DNA from: a virus
Virus record (IMG/VR): IMGVR_UViG_3300019458_000020
Span: 76,152 to 140,151 of that record
DNA length: 64,000 nucleotides
Reading direction: 5' to 3' (one strand)
In this document: one piece after another, positions 17,893 through 27,229 of the stretch
Layout: each line of letters opens with the position of its first letter
Position numbering within the stretch: position 1 is the stretch's first letter
Position numbers and translations under genes: made by a program
The notes under the pieces: model-generated
Database searches by the model: none
What the model was told of the DNA's origin: nothing
The model's input: the letters and a program-made list of their open reading frames with translations, nothing else

Positions 17893-19134
17893 TTACTTGG
17901 TGGATGATGGTGCCGGTGATGCGCCCATATTCATCAACAACGGACTATTAGATGGAAGGATGTTGGAAGGCATTTGTCCATTCCATTTCTTTGCCATTTC
18001 CAATCTGGCTTGAGCTTCCATCATTTGTATTTCCAGATTGTTCTTCATGGCTGCTGCTTCACGGGCCTTGAACAGTTCCTCTGCTGACCTACGTTCTGTT
18101 TCAGCCGAAGCGAATATCTTCAAGTTACGTTGGTCCTGTGCCAACTTTTCTTGATGAGCAGTCTTATTATCTTGTTCTGCAATAAATGTGGCATTAAGAG
18201 CTTTCTGAATGTCATCACGTTTGAATTCATAACCTTCAGCGTTACCCATCTGAATGATGGAGATACCCTTTGTTTTGAAGAATTCTTTTGCGTCAACGAA
18301 CACCTTTTGGAAAATAGCTGGGAAATTCGTTTGAGCTTGCTGAAGGTCCATTTGACCATAAGCTTTAGTTAATTCAGATACACACCAATTACGAACGTTA
18401 TTGTCCATAACGGTAGCCAGTGGAGTTTCGCCGTGGTAATAAAGATATTCGGCTGCATCTTCCTCTTCGATGAAGGCGGTGACAGCACAACCAACACCCA
18501 ATTGAATAGAATCACGAGTCACAACAGGAATGCTAGTGTCGGCTTCTCCCTTATTAGACGGCGGCGACCACTCACGGCTCACCATAGCACGATTGACCTT
18601 AATGACACGAACAGCATCAATCCATTCAATTTCATAATCCCAACGACCGACTTTCTTTTCAGTCTGAGGAATCAAAATTCGTTTAGCGGCAACCTTCTTG
18701 GTGTTCAAGTATTCGGCACTATCAAACTTTCCTTGAGAAGTCTTGTTATCACCCTGTAACGGAATCACAAAAACGGTTTCATTAGGACCAACTTCGACGA
18801 ATTTATCCAACTTAGGTGGTTTGAGACATCCGGTGGTTCCCATTGCTAAAAAGGCAACAATAGTAGCCGTAAATAGTGGCGCCGCGGTCTTTCTACGAGG
18901 CAACCAAATTGAAATGAGAGTGACAACACCCAATACCCAAACAATCGGCGTAACAATTCCACTTGTGACAGACGGTTTTGTAGTCTGAACAATGTAAGCC
19001 GAATCGGAGGATTTGAGTGTTTCCGCAGCCAATCTTCCGTCAATGAGAGTATCGGTGGCTTGGAAGGTTCGTGTAACGAGGCCGATGAAGGCCACGAGTA
19101 AGATACTTAGTATCAATTTTGTTTTTAGTTTCAT
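17893..19134 (-). CDS. SPFH/Band-7 (prohibitin-like) membrane protein
   Basis: N-terminal hydrophobic segments, lipobox-like TTGC, C-terminal coiled coil ending KWNGQMP. Confidence 0.75.
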   Translation of the reverse strand: MKLKTKLILSILLVAFIGLVTRTFQATDTLIDGRLAAETLKSSDSAYIVQTTKPSVTSGIVTPIVWVLGVVTLISIWLPRRKTAAPLFTATIVAFLAMGTTGCLKPPKLDKFVEVGPNETVFVIPLQGDNKTSQGKFDSAEYLNTKKVAAKRILIPQTEKKVGRWDYEIEWIDAVRVIKVNRAMVSREWSPPSNKGEADTSIPVVTRDSIQLGVGCAVTAFIEEEDAAEYLYYHGETPLATVMDNNVRNWCVSELTKAYGQMDLQQAQTNFPAIFQKVFVDAKEFFKTKGISIIQMGNAEGYEFKRDDIQKALNATFIAEQDNKTAHQEKLAQDQRNLKIFASAETERRSAEELFKAREAAAMKNNLEIQMMEAQARLEMAKKWNGQMPSNILPSNSPLLMNMGASPAPSSTK

Positions 19135-19206
19135 AGATTTTCTATTAATTTGTTGTTGTTTTACTACTGTTGAGAACTAACTTACATCGTTCTATAAAAA
19201 AGTCAA

Positions 19207-19725
19207 TTACAAATTTGTGGTTTGGATATAATTCCTTGTGGCCATTAAAATTTTTCCTAATTTGTTCTTACCAATTTCCTTACAAACACCCCAATAAACA
19301 TCGCCCCAAGAATTTGTTTCTTCGAGATATTTATCTTCGGTTTCTAACAAAAGAAATTTAAGGTCCAGATTATTGGTGAACTTTTGAAATACGACCTGAG
19401 CCATTACAGTATCTTTTACTTTTGACCACATTTCATCATTGAAAAGAGTTGGGTAGGATTTTATAATTTCATCAGCCAACTTCTTAGATTCACTAGCAGT
19501 AATATCAATAAATTCCTTATGATATTTTTTTGGAAATTTTGCTGCTTGATAAGCATGTTCGGTAGAAGGAAATAACGTTCCCAACCAAAATGTTCCGATT
19601 TTGGTTGGATAAAAATTAGAAAGGAATCGGTTTCTACCAAAGAATCCACAAATGGCATAATCGGTCACTGATGCATATTTAGGGATGGTCGTTTCGTCGG
19701 TTTCAACATTTACATGATACTTCAT
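19207..19725 (-). CDS. NADAR (YbiA-like) family hydrolase
   Basis: FLSNFY, STEHAYQAAKF, QKF, LLET, D.YWG, G.NKLGKILM..R. Confidence 0.92.
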   Translation of the reverse strand: MKYHVNVETDETTIPKYASVTDYAICGFFGRNRFLSNFYPTKIGTFWLGTLFPSTEHAYQAAKFPKKYHKEFIDITASESKKLADEIIKSYPTLFNDEMWSKVKDTVMAQVVFQKFTNNLDLKFLLLETEDKYLEETNSWGDVYWGVCKEIGKNKLGKILMATRNYIQTTNL

Positions 19726-19728
19726 AAA

Positions 19729-19890
19729 TCAATAATAATGTAATCCAAATCGTTTATAAACATTCTTTGATCTCTTCATTGTTTTAATACGTTTTTTTCT
19801 ATTAAGAAACATATTTTTATGCATTCTGTATAATAATCCTGATGAACTATAATAATAAATCTCTCTTAAATTACAGTATTCAGTAGTCAT
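19729..19890 (-). CDS. Small hypothetical protein (53 aa, below ORF-track cutoff)
   Basis: MTTEYCNLREIYYY...GLHYY fills the gap between neighbours exactly. Confidence 0.5.
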   Translation of the reverse strand: MTTEYCNLREIYYYSSSGLLYRMHKNMFLNRKKRIKTMKRSKNVYKRFGLHYY

Positions 19891-20220
19891 TTAATCCCAT
19901 CCGTAACATCCACAATAAAATTCATCATATTCCCTTGTTGGATTATGTTGAAAAAATGCTAAATTGGTATTTGATGGTTTTTCACAGAGACAAAAATTTC
20001 CTTTCTTACATCCATCCCGTTCCGGTCCTTCGTGATTTCTTCCTTTTGGAAGAGTGTTATAATAAGAACATCTAGCCATTCTTCCTAAGAACAATGGTGG
20101 AGTTTCGTTCACAATTAAAGCATCAGGAGTAAGACCTGCACAAATTACACAAGAGGGTTTGCCATCGCCCGTCGTAGCATTAGCAGCGTGACCACACATC
20201 ATCATTGGCTTATCATTCAT
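19891..20220 (-). CDS. Cys/His-rich hypothetical protein (putative metal-binding)
   Basis: CGH, CVIC, CLC and FYCGC.GWD motifs. Confidence 0.7.
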   Translation of the reverse strand: MNDKPMMMCGHAANATTGDGKPSCVICAGLTPDALIVNETPPLFLGRMARCSYYNTLPKGRNHEGPERDGCKKGNFCLCEKPSNTNLAFFQHNPTREYDEFYCGCYGWD

Positions 20221-20228
20221 ATTAAGTA

Positions 20229-20393
20229 TTAATTTTCTAAAGCCCTCGACTTCGATTTTAATTTTTGATATCTCTTGTAGAGAGATAGATATTCCTTTGC
20301 AAGATATTCTACACCATAATATATTTCCAGATCTCTTTTTTGGAACATCTCCAACATCTCCTTTAATTCATCTCTTTGGTCTTGATTTATCAT
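20229..20393 (-). CDS. Small hypothetical protein (54 aa, below ORF-track cutoff)
   Basis: MINQDQRDELKEML...ALEN; ATGA overlap with the nucleotidyltransferase stop. Confidence 0.55.
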   Translation of the reverse strand: MINQDQRDELKEMLEMFQKRDLEIYYGVEYLAKEYLSLYKRYQKLKSKSRALEN

Positions 20394-21511
20394 AACTGAG
20401 CATACTTCTCGTAGAGTCGATGATATAAAGCATTTAGCTTTTCAAAATCCACCGAACGAGGAATTTTTGTTGTCTTGTAGGCTTCATCCATTTTGGATTG
20501 AATATTCTTAGCGTGAGTCATTACCTTTTCATAATCCCAACCACCGTTTTTAATGTGTAAGATTTCTTCAGCATCAGGACGCTTAACGATGACTTTTCCT
20601 TCTGTAAGAATTTCATATCCCATTCTCATGAGACGAACCAAATGTGAGGCGTGTTTCGTATCATATCCACTCTTTACTTCGAGTTTATGACGGTCAACAT
20701 TACGATTCTTTTTCCAGTTCAACCAAGAACTATATTGTTCTTTAGCCTTCTTATATTGACGTTCACGATTAAGCAAATCAACGACTTCATCCTTTAAGTC
20801 ATATTCTTTTGCCAATCTATCAACTACGGCAGCCTCATAGGCTCCTGGCCAATTATCCCAACCAACATGTAATTGAGAAACATTATCCACCAATTCCCAA
20901 ATGGTTTCTTTTAGTTCACTTCGTTCCATTTCTTCCATTGGAAACTTGGACAAATTCCACCGTTCAACTTCACTCTTGATGAAGCCAAATACTTCATCTA
21001 GTTGACGAGCACGAACATCGGGAAGACCATACTCTGAACGAGTAGGTTCCTTTAATTCACCCAAAACAATCCACTTACGATGACGTTCAATTTTGGCAGC
21101 CTGTGACATAGCATATCCTGAAAATGTATATTTGGCTTTGGAACTAAGAAATAAATCTCTATTTTCCATTAAAGAAACAATGGCAGGCTTGAAAATCAAA
21201 TGATCTTGTGGTTCAGTCCATAACAATTCAATGATATTTGGATTAACGTTTGCAGCCAATACCATGAATTTTTTAAGTGAATAAATAACCGATTCGAATT
21301 TTGGATTGTTTGGATTTTTATATAATTCCCATTGATTTTCCACATCGATATTATTTTCAGCTTGTTCAAATTTATGAAATAAATTATACTCTACACTCTT
21401 AGGTGGAATAACAATACCTTTTACATCGCAATCTGACAGTTCATTTGAAAGTCCGTAACATCGGCTTCCATGAAGAGTCAAATAAATTGTATTTTTTGTT
21501 AACCATTCCAT
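20390..21511 (-). CDS. Pol-beta superfamily nucleotidyltransferase (PF10127/RlaP-like)
   Basis: GS.CYGL...SDCDVKG, NPNIIELLW, GYDTKHASHLVRL. Confidence 0.88.
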   Translation of the reverse strand: MEWLTKNTIYLTLHGSRCYGLSNELSDCDVKGIVIPPKSVEYNLFHKFEQAENNIDVENQWELYKNPNNPKFESVIYSLKKFMVLAANVNPNIIELLWTEPQDHLIFKPAIVSLMENRDLFLSSKAKYTFSGYAMSQAAKIERHRKWIVLGELKEPTRSEYGLPDVRARQLDEVFGFIKSEVERWNLSKFPMEEMERSELKETIWELVDNVSQLHVGWDNWPGAYEAAVVDRLAKEYDLKDEVVDLLNRERQYKKAKEQYSSWLNWKKNRNVDRHKLEVKSGYDTKHASHLVRLMRMGYEILTEGKVIVKRPDAEEILHIKNGGWDYEKVMTHAKNIQSKMDEAYKTTKIPRSVDFEKLNALYHRLYEKYAQL

Positions 21512-22371
21512 AATATTTTATCTAAATTTTTAAGTTCCTTTTCGGTCACAACCATGTATTTATATCCGTTATCATTACAATATTTTCTTCCATTGTCTAT
21601 TTTTAATTTATTGTTTCCAACACTTAACAATGATTGTGGTTTTATTTCAATCACTACCCGTTGATTAATAACAAAATCAGGAAAATAATTTCTATCTTTT
21701 CCGGCGCTGTCAATGTAAGATACCACGAAATTTGGTTTTTGTAAAGCAGTTATTTTATTTGACGACTCACAAAATTTCAAGAACAATTTTTCATACGAAC
21801 TTTGATAATAAAGTTTGAGATTAAATTTATTACTCACAAACCATCCAGTTTCACAATTGGAATAGGGATGATGATTACCATTTAACATTGATTTTATTAC
21901 GTTTTGTACATTTCTTTTACACAACTTTTCGTATTGAATTGGATCTTTGCATTTTTCTTTCCAAGATTCGGATAGTCTTTGAGAATATCTCCGTCTATTT
22001 TTTGGGTCTTTATTTAACCATTTAACTAATGGATTTTTATCCCCAGTAAAATCAGCATGATTGACTGACATTTTCTTTCTTGTTTTTTGAGTGTGAGTTT
22101 TTCCGAAGAATGGATTTCTTTCTCCAGAATTCATTTTCTGATATTGTTTTTTTCTTTCTTTTGTAAACTCATATCCTTTCATCCATTTTCCACAACCTGA
22201 CCGTTTACATGATTTCGATACAATATTTTTAATTGAATCCAAAACAAGTGTGGTATTTGGATACTTACTAAGAAATTCTTTAGTAGAAAGTTTATGTTTG
22301 AAATGAATATGAGAATTCAACGTTTGAAATTGATTCTGACAGATTGGACAGACTAAAAGCTCTTTTTTCAT
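21499..22371 (-). CDS. Homing-type endonuclease (C2H2 finger, NUMOD3, TnsA-like PD-(D/E)xK)
   Basis: CPIC...H...H, NPFFGKTHT, SSYE, YFPDF, IEIKP. Confidence 0.8.
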   Translation of the reverse strand: MKKELLVCPICQNQFQTLNSHIHFKHKLSTKEFLSKYPNTTLVLDSIKNIVSKSCKRSGCGKWMKGYEFTKERKKQYQKMNSGERNPFFGKTHTQKTRKKMSVNHADFTGDKNPLVKWLNKDPKNRRRYSQRLSESWKEKCKDPIQYEKLCKRNVQNVIKSMLNGNHHPYSNCETGWFVSNKFNLKLYYQSSYEKLFLKFCESSNKITALQKPNFVVSYIDSAGKDRNYFPDFVINQRVVIEIKPQSLLSVGNNKLKIDNGRKYCNDNGYKYMVVTEKELKNLDKILWNG

Positions 22372-22410
22372 ACACTTATAAATATATAAGCATATTCAGA
22401 AAAGGTCAAT

Positions 22411-22662
22411 TCATTTTTGTATAGATTTCATTCTATCCATAAGATATTCATATTTCCATTTCGAGTAAGAATATATAATTTTTCGTTTTCCATTTGACAA
22501 ATATTTAATAAAAACGTTTCTTTTGCTGTGGTATTCCCATGTTTCCGACCCATTTTTGAATTGATAAACACCGTTTTGACATTTTGGACAATCCAAATCT
22601 TTCCAAGAATCAAATTCTTCTCCACAATCTTTACATTTTGTATCTGGATTGTAAAAATTCAT
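22411..22662 (-). CDS. Small zinc-ribbon protein
   Basis: CKDC...CPKC. Start moved to ATG 22662 to avoid a 128-nt overlap with the upstream ORF. Confidence 0.55.
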   Translation of the reverse strand: MNFYNPDTKCKDCGEEFDSWKDLDCPKCQNGVYQFKNGSETWEYHSKRNVFIKYLSNGKRKIIYSYSKWKYEYLMDRMKSIQK

Positions 22663-22678
22663 AACATTAAAGTCAACT

Positions 22679-23071
22679 TCAAACTTTGTTGGTGAGTAGA
22701 AACCAAATAGAAGATACCCAATCCATCGCCCACTTTTTAAATCGTTGCCAACATGTCGGTTTGATTTTAACAAAATCCATATAAAACGTATTGGCCGAAG
22801 GTTCATTCATTGGCTGACACGATATCAAATCAGTGATGTGTAAGTTTTCTGGTATATTTTTTATTATAGGAAAAATAAACGATTCAAGTTTTCTTAATTT
22901 TCTTTTAACGAATAGTCTTTTAAACCATCGTTTAATTCTCTGCCAACGTGTGAGTGGTTTAGGAACATCAATGATACACTGGGGAGTAATATACAATGGT
23001 ATATAGGGAGCATACACAACAATCTTATGTTTTGTTGATTCCGGTCTATTCATGTACCAATAAAAACTCAT
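22679..23071 (-). CDS. Small protein containing two major-capsid-derived segments (putative capsid mimic)
   Basis: VYAPYIPL..TP and P......DLISCQPMNEPSANTFYMDF match the capsid protein encoded in this window. Confidence 0.75.
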   Translation of the reverse strand: MSFYWYMNRPESTKHKIVVYAPYIPLYITPQCIIDVPKPLTRWQRIKRWFKRLFVKRKLRKLESFIFPIIKNIPENLHITDLISCQPMNEPSANTFYMDFVKIKPTCWQRFKKWAMDWVSSIWFLLTNKV

Positions 23072-23073
23072 AA

Positions 23074-23598
23074 TTATTTTATCTCTTCAAACGGCTTATC
23101 ACAAAGTAAATCAACAAATCTCATTATTCTTTTATAAACATCATCATCCTTGGTGAAATTCCACTTTTTAGTTGCAGAATCATCGATCCATTCTTTCAAA
23201 GATGTACCAAATTCTTCGCTCCGCGATTTGATATCACATACAAATTCAGCAAGATATACTTCAGGCATATCATTTATACCTCCTGACCAATTTTCCGGAT
23301 GATGTGGATTAGTAGAATTGTGCTGTTGTATCGCAAGTTTAAGTTTCATTTTTGCACCATCGGCGTCAGCATCAATACCGGGAGACATAAACTCAAATTC
23401 AATTCCGTGAAATTTACTTGCGTCATGAACGAATCCATTCGCGATAAGTTGCTTTCCCAACTCAATTTCACCAGACATTATCAATTTCTCTCCTAATAAA
23501 AGACAATTATCTTCTACATTTCTAATATGTCTAGTGATACCACGTATTTTTTCCATAGTTGCGGTAGCATCCCTTTTAAGTTTCTCGGATTTTTTCAT
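23074..23598 (-). CDS. HD-like phosphohydrolase (DUF5662-like)
   Basis: H...V, HDASKF, H...NPHHPE, E..CD...R. Confidence 0.75.
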   Translation of the reverse strand: MKKSEKLKRDATATMEKIRGITRHIRNVEDNCLLLGEKLIMSGEIELGKQLIANGFVHDASKFHGIEFEFMSPGIDADADGAKMKLKLAIQQHNSTNPHHPENWSGGINDMPEVYLAEFVCDIKSRSEEFGTSLKEWIDDSATKKWNFTKDDDVYKRIMRFVDLLCDKPFEEIK

Positions 23599-23613
23599 AA
23601 TGTATCTATTAAT

Positions 23614-23641
23614 AAGATACCATTTTTATACTTGTTGTCAA
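23614..23641 (-). promoter_or_regulatory. Sigma70-type promoter
   Basis: TTGACA-N16-TATCTT just upstream of ATG 23598. Confidence 0.5.
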
Positions 23642-23658
23642 CTTTCGTTGGTGAAATC

Positions 23659-23904
23659 TTACGATTTCTCCGGTTCATTAAACGACTCTTTATATTTGCG
23701 CATCCAACGCATGAACAACAAGGCTTTATCACTAGCAAGTAAAGATACTTTAGAATTCCTCACTTCTTCCAATGATATAGGAAATCTATAACCTTTTTCG
23801 GTTTCATACCAAAATTGGTCATCTCTGAACAATACAAAATGAACCTTTTGTCCATCTCTTACATGTTCTTTAAAATCTACTGTTTTTGGGTCAACGTAAT
23901 TCAT
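23659..23904 (-). CDS. Hypothetical protein
   Basis: 81-aa ORF with FPI...F/L...KA..FMRWMRK; ATGA overlap with the upstream gene. Confidence 0.7.
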   Translation of the reverse strand: MNYVDPKTVDFKEHVRDGQKVHFVLFRDDQFWYETEKGYRFPISLEEVRNSKVSLLASDKALLFMRWMRKYKESFNEPEKS

Positions 23905-24413
23905 ACAATTTTTCCATCGGTTACTAACACTCTGACAGCTTCTTTAGTCTTGACTCTAAGATTTCGAGACTTCAAAAACTTACCCTTCAATCCTTCAAAA
24001 ACTTGAATCATATTGGTAAGAGTGGATTTTTTTCTTTTGGCTCCTTCATTTTGATCTTTTGCTGCATCGCATAATTTTGCTAATGCTTTTCCTGCGTCAT
24101 CGCCTTCTCTTTGTTGGATTACCCAACCCATCAATTCGTTTCCATCCAATACATTATCAGGGTCATTAACAATAATTAAATATTCCATCTTTTCCTTTGG
24201 AGTAGATTCTGCTCCGGGGTCGGAAGGAAGACCATCTTCGTCGATTTGATTTCCTATTCCGTCAGTAGGAGCACCTGCTGCCTCCCTTGCATTATCTACA
24301 GCCACTTCTTCGACAATCTCTTGTAATTCTCGAATAATTTCTGCGACCTTCTTGGGGTCAATTTTCTTTTGTAATAATACTGTTTCTACTTCGGTTATAT
24401 CAATTTTCATCAT
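23901..24413 (-). CDS. Hypothetical protein
   Basis: 170-aa ORF downstream of a sigma70-like promoter. Confidence 0.7.
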   Translation of the reverse strand: MMKIDITEVETVLLQKKIDPKKVAEIIRELQEIVEEVAVDNAREAAGAPTDGIGNQIDEDGLPSDPGAESTPKEKMEYLIIVNDPDNVLDGNELMGWVIQQREGDDAGKALAKLCDAAKDQNEGAKRKKSTLTNMIQVFEGLKGKFLKSRNLRVKTKEAVRVLVTDGKIV

Positions 24414-24470
24414 TTTTATTAATTGTCAGTAAATTATTTACTGAGTTGTATTTTGTATCTTCATATACAA

Positions 24471-24499
24471 AATTTATCATTTCTACTCAGAGTTGTCAA
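24471..24499 (-). promoter_or_regulatory. Sigma70-type promoter
   Basis: TTGACA-N17-TAAATT upstream of 24413. Confidence 0.5.
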
Positions 24500-24538
24500 T
24501 ATGTATTAACACCAACATAGGTAATCGATGAGGTATGT

Positions 24539-25237
24539 ATGAAATTTAAAAGAAATTGTCCTAAATGTAAAGTTCCTATTTTTTACAATAGAAAAGACTC
24601 CTTACAACGAGCCATCAATCAGAAACGGATGTGTTTTAATTGTAATACTCCTAAAGGAAATAAACATTATCGATTTGGAAAACATTGCAGTCAAGAAATT
24701 AAAGATAAAATACGTAAAACTAAGATGGGTGTGCCGATTCATACTATAGAAGAAAAGGAGAAACGAAGACTTCTTTGGTGTGGAGATAAAAATCCTAATG
24801 TAAAATATGGTCCATCATTTTTAGGAAGACATCATACAGAAGAAACTAAAGAGAAGATGAGAATTTCTTATGTTAAAACAGTCATAAAAAATGGTGGGAG
24901 AAATCCAAGATTCAATTTAAATGCAATAAACTATTTTAAAAAGTTGGAATTGGAATTTAATTGGAATGGAATTTATGCCACTAAAAATTCGGAATATTTC
25001 ATCGAAAGTTTGGGATATTTTGTTGATTATTATGAACCCCATTTAAATATTGTAGTAGAATATGATGAACCTAGACATTATTATGCAAATGGAACTTTAA
25101 AACAGAAAGATATTAAAAGAATGGAAAAAATAATATCTAAAATTGATTGTAAATTTTATAGATATGATGAGAAAAGAAATCTACTTAAAGAATATTTCAT
25201 TGATTCGGGTGTATTCGTTCCCACTTTACACCACTGA
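24539..25237 (+). CDS. Homing-type endonuclease (Zn ribbon, NUMOD3, Vsr/DUF559-like)
   Basis: CPKC...CFNC, GKHCSQEIK, GRHHTEETKEKM, VDYY...VVEYDEPRH. Confidence 0.8.
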   Translation: MKFKRNCPKCKVPIFYNRKDSLQRAINQKRMCFNCNTPKGNKHYRFGKHCSQEIKDKIRKTKMGVPIHTIEEKEKRRLLWCGDKNPNVKYGPSFLGRHHTEETKEKMRISYVKTVIKNGGRNPRFNLNAINYFKKLELEFNWNGIYATKNSEYFIESLGYFVDYYEPHLNIVVEYDEPRHYYANGTLKQKDIKRMEKIISKIDCKFYRYDEKRNLLKEYFIDSGVFVPTLHH

Positions 25238-26144
25238 AAGCAGAAAGGTCTGTACCTCCGGAATATGATATTGCACTTTGCAATGATTCTTGAATTTCAC
25301 GAAGACGTTCGTGATAAGTAAACCCCTCTTCGAGAGCCAATGTTCTGCCTTCAATGTGTTTGTGTTCTCCCTTCGAATCAAACGATGTTGATCCACGATA
25401 AATCTTTTTTCCATTTTCTATTTTTGCTGGAGAATCTATACAAGATGCGAACCATCCACCTGACATAACCATCGTCGCTCCAAACGTCAAAGCTTTAGCA
25501 ATATCTCCAAAGTGTCTTGCTCCACCATCAGCAATAATAGGAATATTTAATCCTGCTGATGCTGCTTCATACACCGAATGAAGTGTTGGTAAATGGAATC
25601 CAGTTTTAAACCGCGTTGTACAAATACTTCCGCCACCTATACCAACTTTTACGGCATCGGCTCCACACTCACATAAAAATTTATATCCATCAGCAGTTGC
25701 TACATTTCCAAGTATAAGTTTTGATGTGGGCGTCATTTTTTTAATGAAATTTACCATCTCTTCTGTTTTCTTATGATGTCCGTGGGCGACATCAATGGTA
25801 ATAAAATCCGGAATACCAATAGTAAGAAGAGCGTGTAAATCTTCTTTTGAATCATCATTTACACCCAAACTGATACTTTTTAAAGTAATATCTCGTTCCC
25901 TAGCATGCAACATGAAATTTGTTGGAGCATCATTAAATCGATGCATAATATAAAAACACCCAAGTTTATCCAATAATTGTGCATTATCAAATGATATAAC
26001 ATCTTCCATATTCGCGGGAATAACCGGAACTTTGAAGGTCTTACCCAAGAACTCAACCCTTGTGTCAGCTTTTGACCGAGAGGGTAATTCAGAATACTTA
26101 GGACGCAAACATACAGTATTATAGGAAAATAAAAAATCACTCAT
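25197..26144 (-). CDS. guaC: GMP reductase
   Basis: IPANM, IDVAHGH, GNVAT, KVGIGGGSICTT, IIADGG, QSAISYSG; short GuaC-type length with no CBS domains. Confidence 0.9.
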   Translation of the reverse strand: MSDFLFSYNTVCLRPKYSELPSRSKADTRVEFLGKTFKVPVIPANMEDVISFDNAQLLDKLGCFYIMHRFNDAPTNFMLHARERDITLKSISLGVNDDSKEDLHALLTIGIPDFITIDVAHGHHKKTEEMVNFIKKMTPTSKLILGNVATADGYKFLCECGADAVKVGIGGGSICTTRFKTGFHLPTLHSVYEAASAGLNIPIIADGGARHFGDIAKALTFGATMVMSGGWFASCIDSPAKIENGKKIYRGSTSFDSKGEHKHIEGRTLALEEGFTYHERLREIQESLQSAISYSGGTDLSAFSGVKWERIHPNQ

Positions 26145-26191
26145 AACCAATCAACGTAACCTATCGTATCCTTCAGGTAAACTAATTTTAA

Positions 26192-27229
26192 TTAGATGGT
26201 GTAATCAATCGGTTCTTGGGGTTTAGAATTGACTACTTGGGAAGATAATTTTCTTATACGAGAAAGATTCTTAATGATGATTCGGAGTTTTGTAAAAATG
26301 TCATGAAAGTCATTTTTGATTGGGTATTTTCCAACTTTATCTTTTATAAGATTGACAATTTCTCCGATATCCTTGTTTGAGATGTCTATTCCTAACGCAT
26401 GTGCCGTATTTCTTAAAACCTTTATAATAGGATTATACGTAGTATTTAAGAAGGATTGTAACATTCTAGCAATCGTCTGTTTCTCTTCGTCTGTTAAATT
26501 GGCTATAGTCTTAGGAAGAACAATTCTTGGTGTTTCTTCTCCGATATTTAAATCTTCCAATGATGCTTTAAGATCAGCTGGCAAATGGTCTAAAACGATC
26601 TTTAGATTTTTATTTTTACTCGAAATTAAATTATCAAAATAAGACTTCAAATATTTTCCCATTTTGAGAACATCTTCCGAAGGTTGTTGCACATTGGATT
26701 TTGGCATACCTGCTGGAGCTGATGGTTTTGGAGAATTCATCTGATTGATGTATGTGATTACATCATCATAGTCTTTATAGAAATCGGTTAATGCCTGTAA
26801 TCCATTATTAGTTAATTCGATTTCAGGATGATATCCATTCTGTTTTAATTTTATGGCAGCCTTGGTAGGGTCATCCTTTATACCAAAATAATCAAGAATT
26901 TCTTGAGTTGCGTTTTGCCACTCTTTAGAAAGTTGATTGGCGAATTTAGAAACGTTTGCGTCTTTCCAATCGGTATGAATTTCTTTAGCTTTCTTTTTAA
27001 TGTCATCAAACCAACCTTCGTATAAGGATTCGGTTATATGAATCTGTTTTAAAATATTATCAACCACCGACTCAAGAGGACGATATTCTGGTTTTGATTT
27101 GATGTATTTTTGAAGCTTCTGTAGAATATCAATTTTTTTGCGGTTGTATTTATTAATAATCTGTGTTACAACCACATCTTCATGTTGAACTTCTTGAAGT
27201 CTTGCCTTCATTTTATTCCATGTTTCCAA
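26192..27229 (-). CDS. Hypothetical helical protein downstream of prohead protease (possible head internal protein)
   Basis: 345-aa ORF with an ITESLYE|GWFD candidate processing site. Confidence 0.65.
   Translation of the reverse strand: METWNKMKARLQEVQHEDVVVTQIINKYNRKKIDILQKLQKYIKSKPEYRPLESVVDNILKQIHITESLYEGWFDDIKKKAKEIHTDWKDANVSKFANQLSKEWQNATQEILDYFGIKDDPTKAAIKLKQNGYHPEIELTNNGLQALTDFYKDYDDVITYINQMNSPKPSAPAGMPKSNVQQPSEDVLKMGKYLKSYFDNLISSKNKNLKIVLDHLPADLKASLEDLNIGEETPRIVLPKTIANLTDEEKQTIARMLQSFLNTTYNPIIKVLRNTAHALGIDISNKDIGEIVNLIKDKVGKYPIKNDFHDIFTKLRIIIKNLSRIRKLSSQVVNSKPQEPIDYTI

Noticed and set aside
22663..22806. Long overlap or frameshift between ORF 22411-22806 and the capsid-mimic ORF
   Set aside because: A downstream ATG at 22662 gives a clean non-overlapping zinc-ribbon gene; no slippery site noted.
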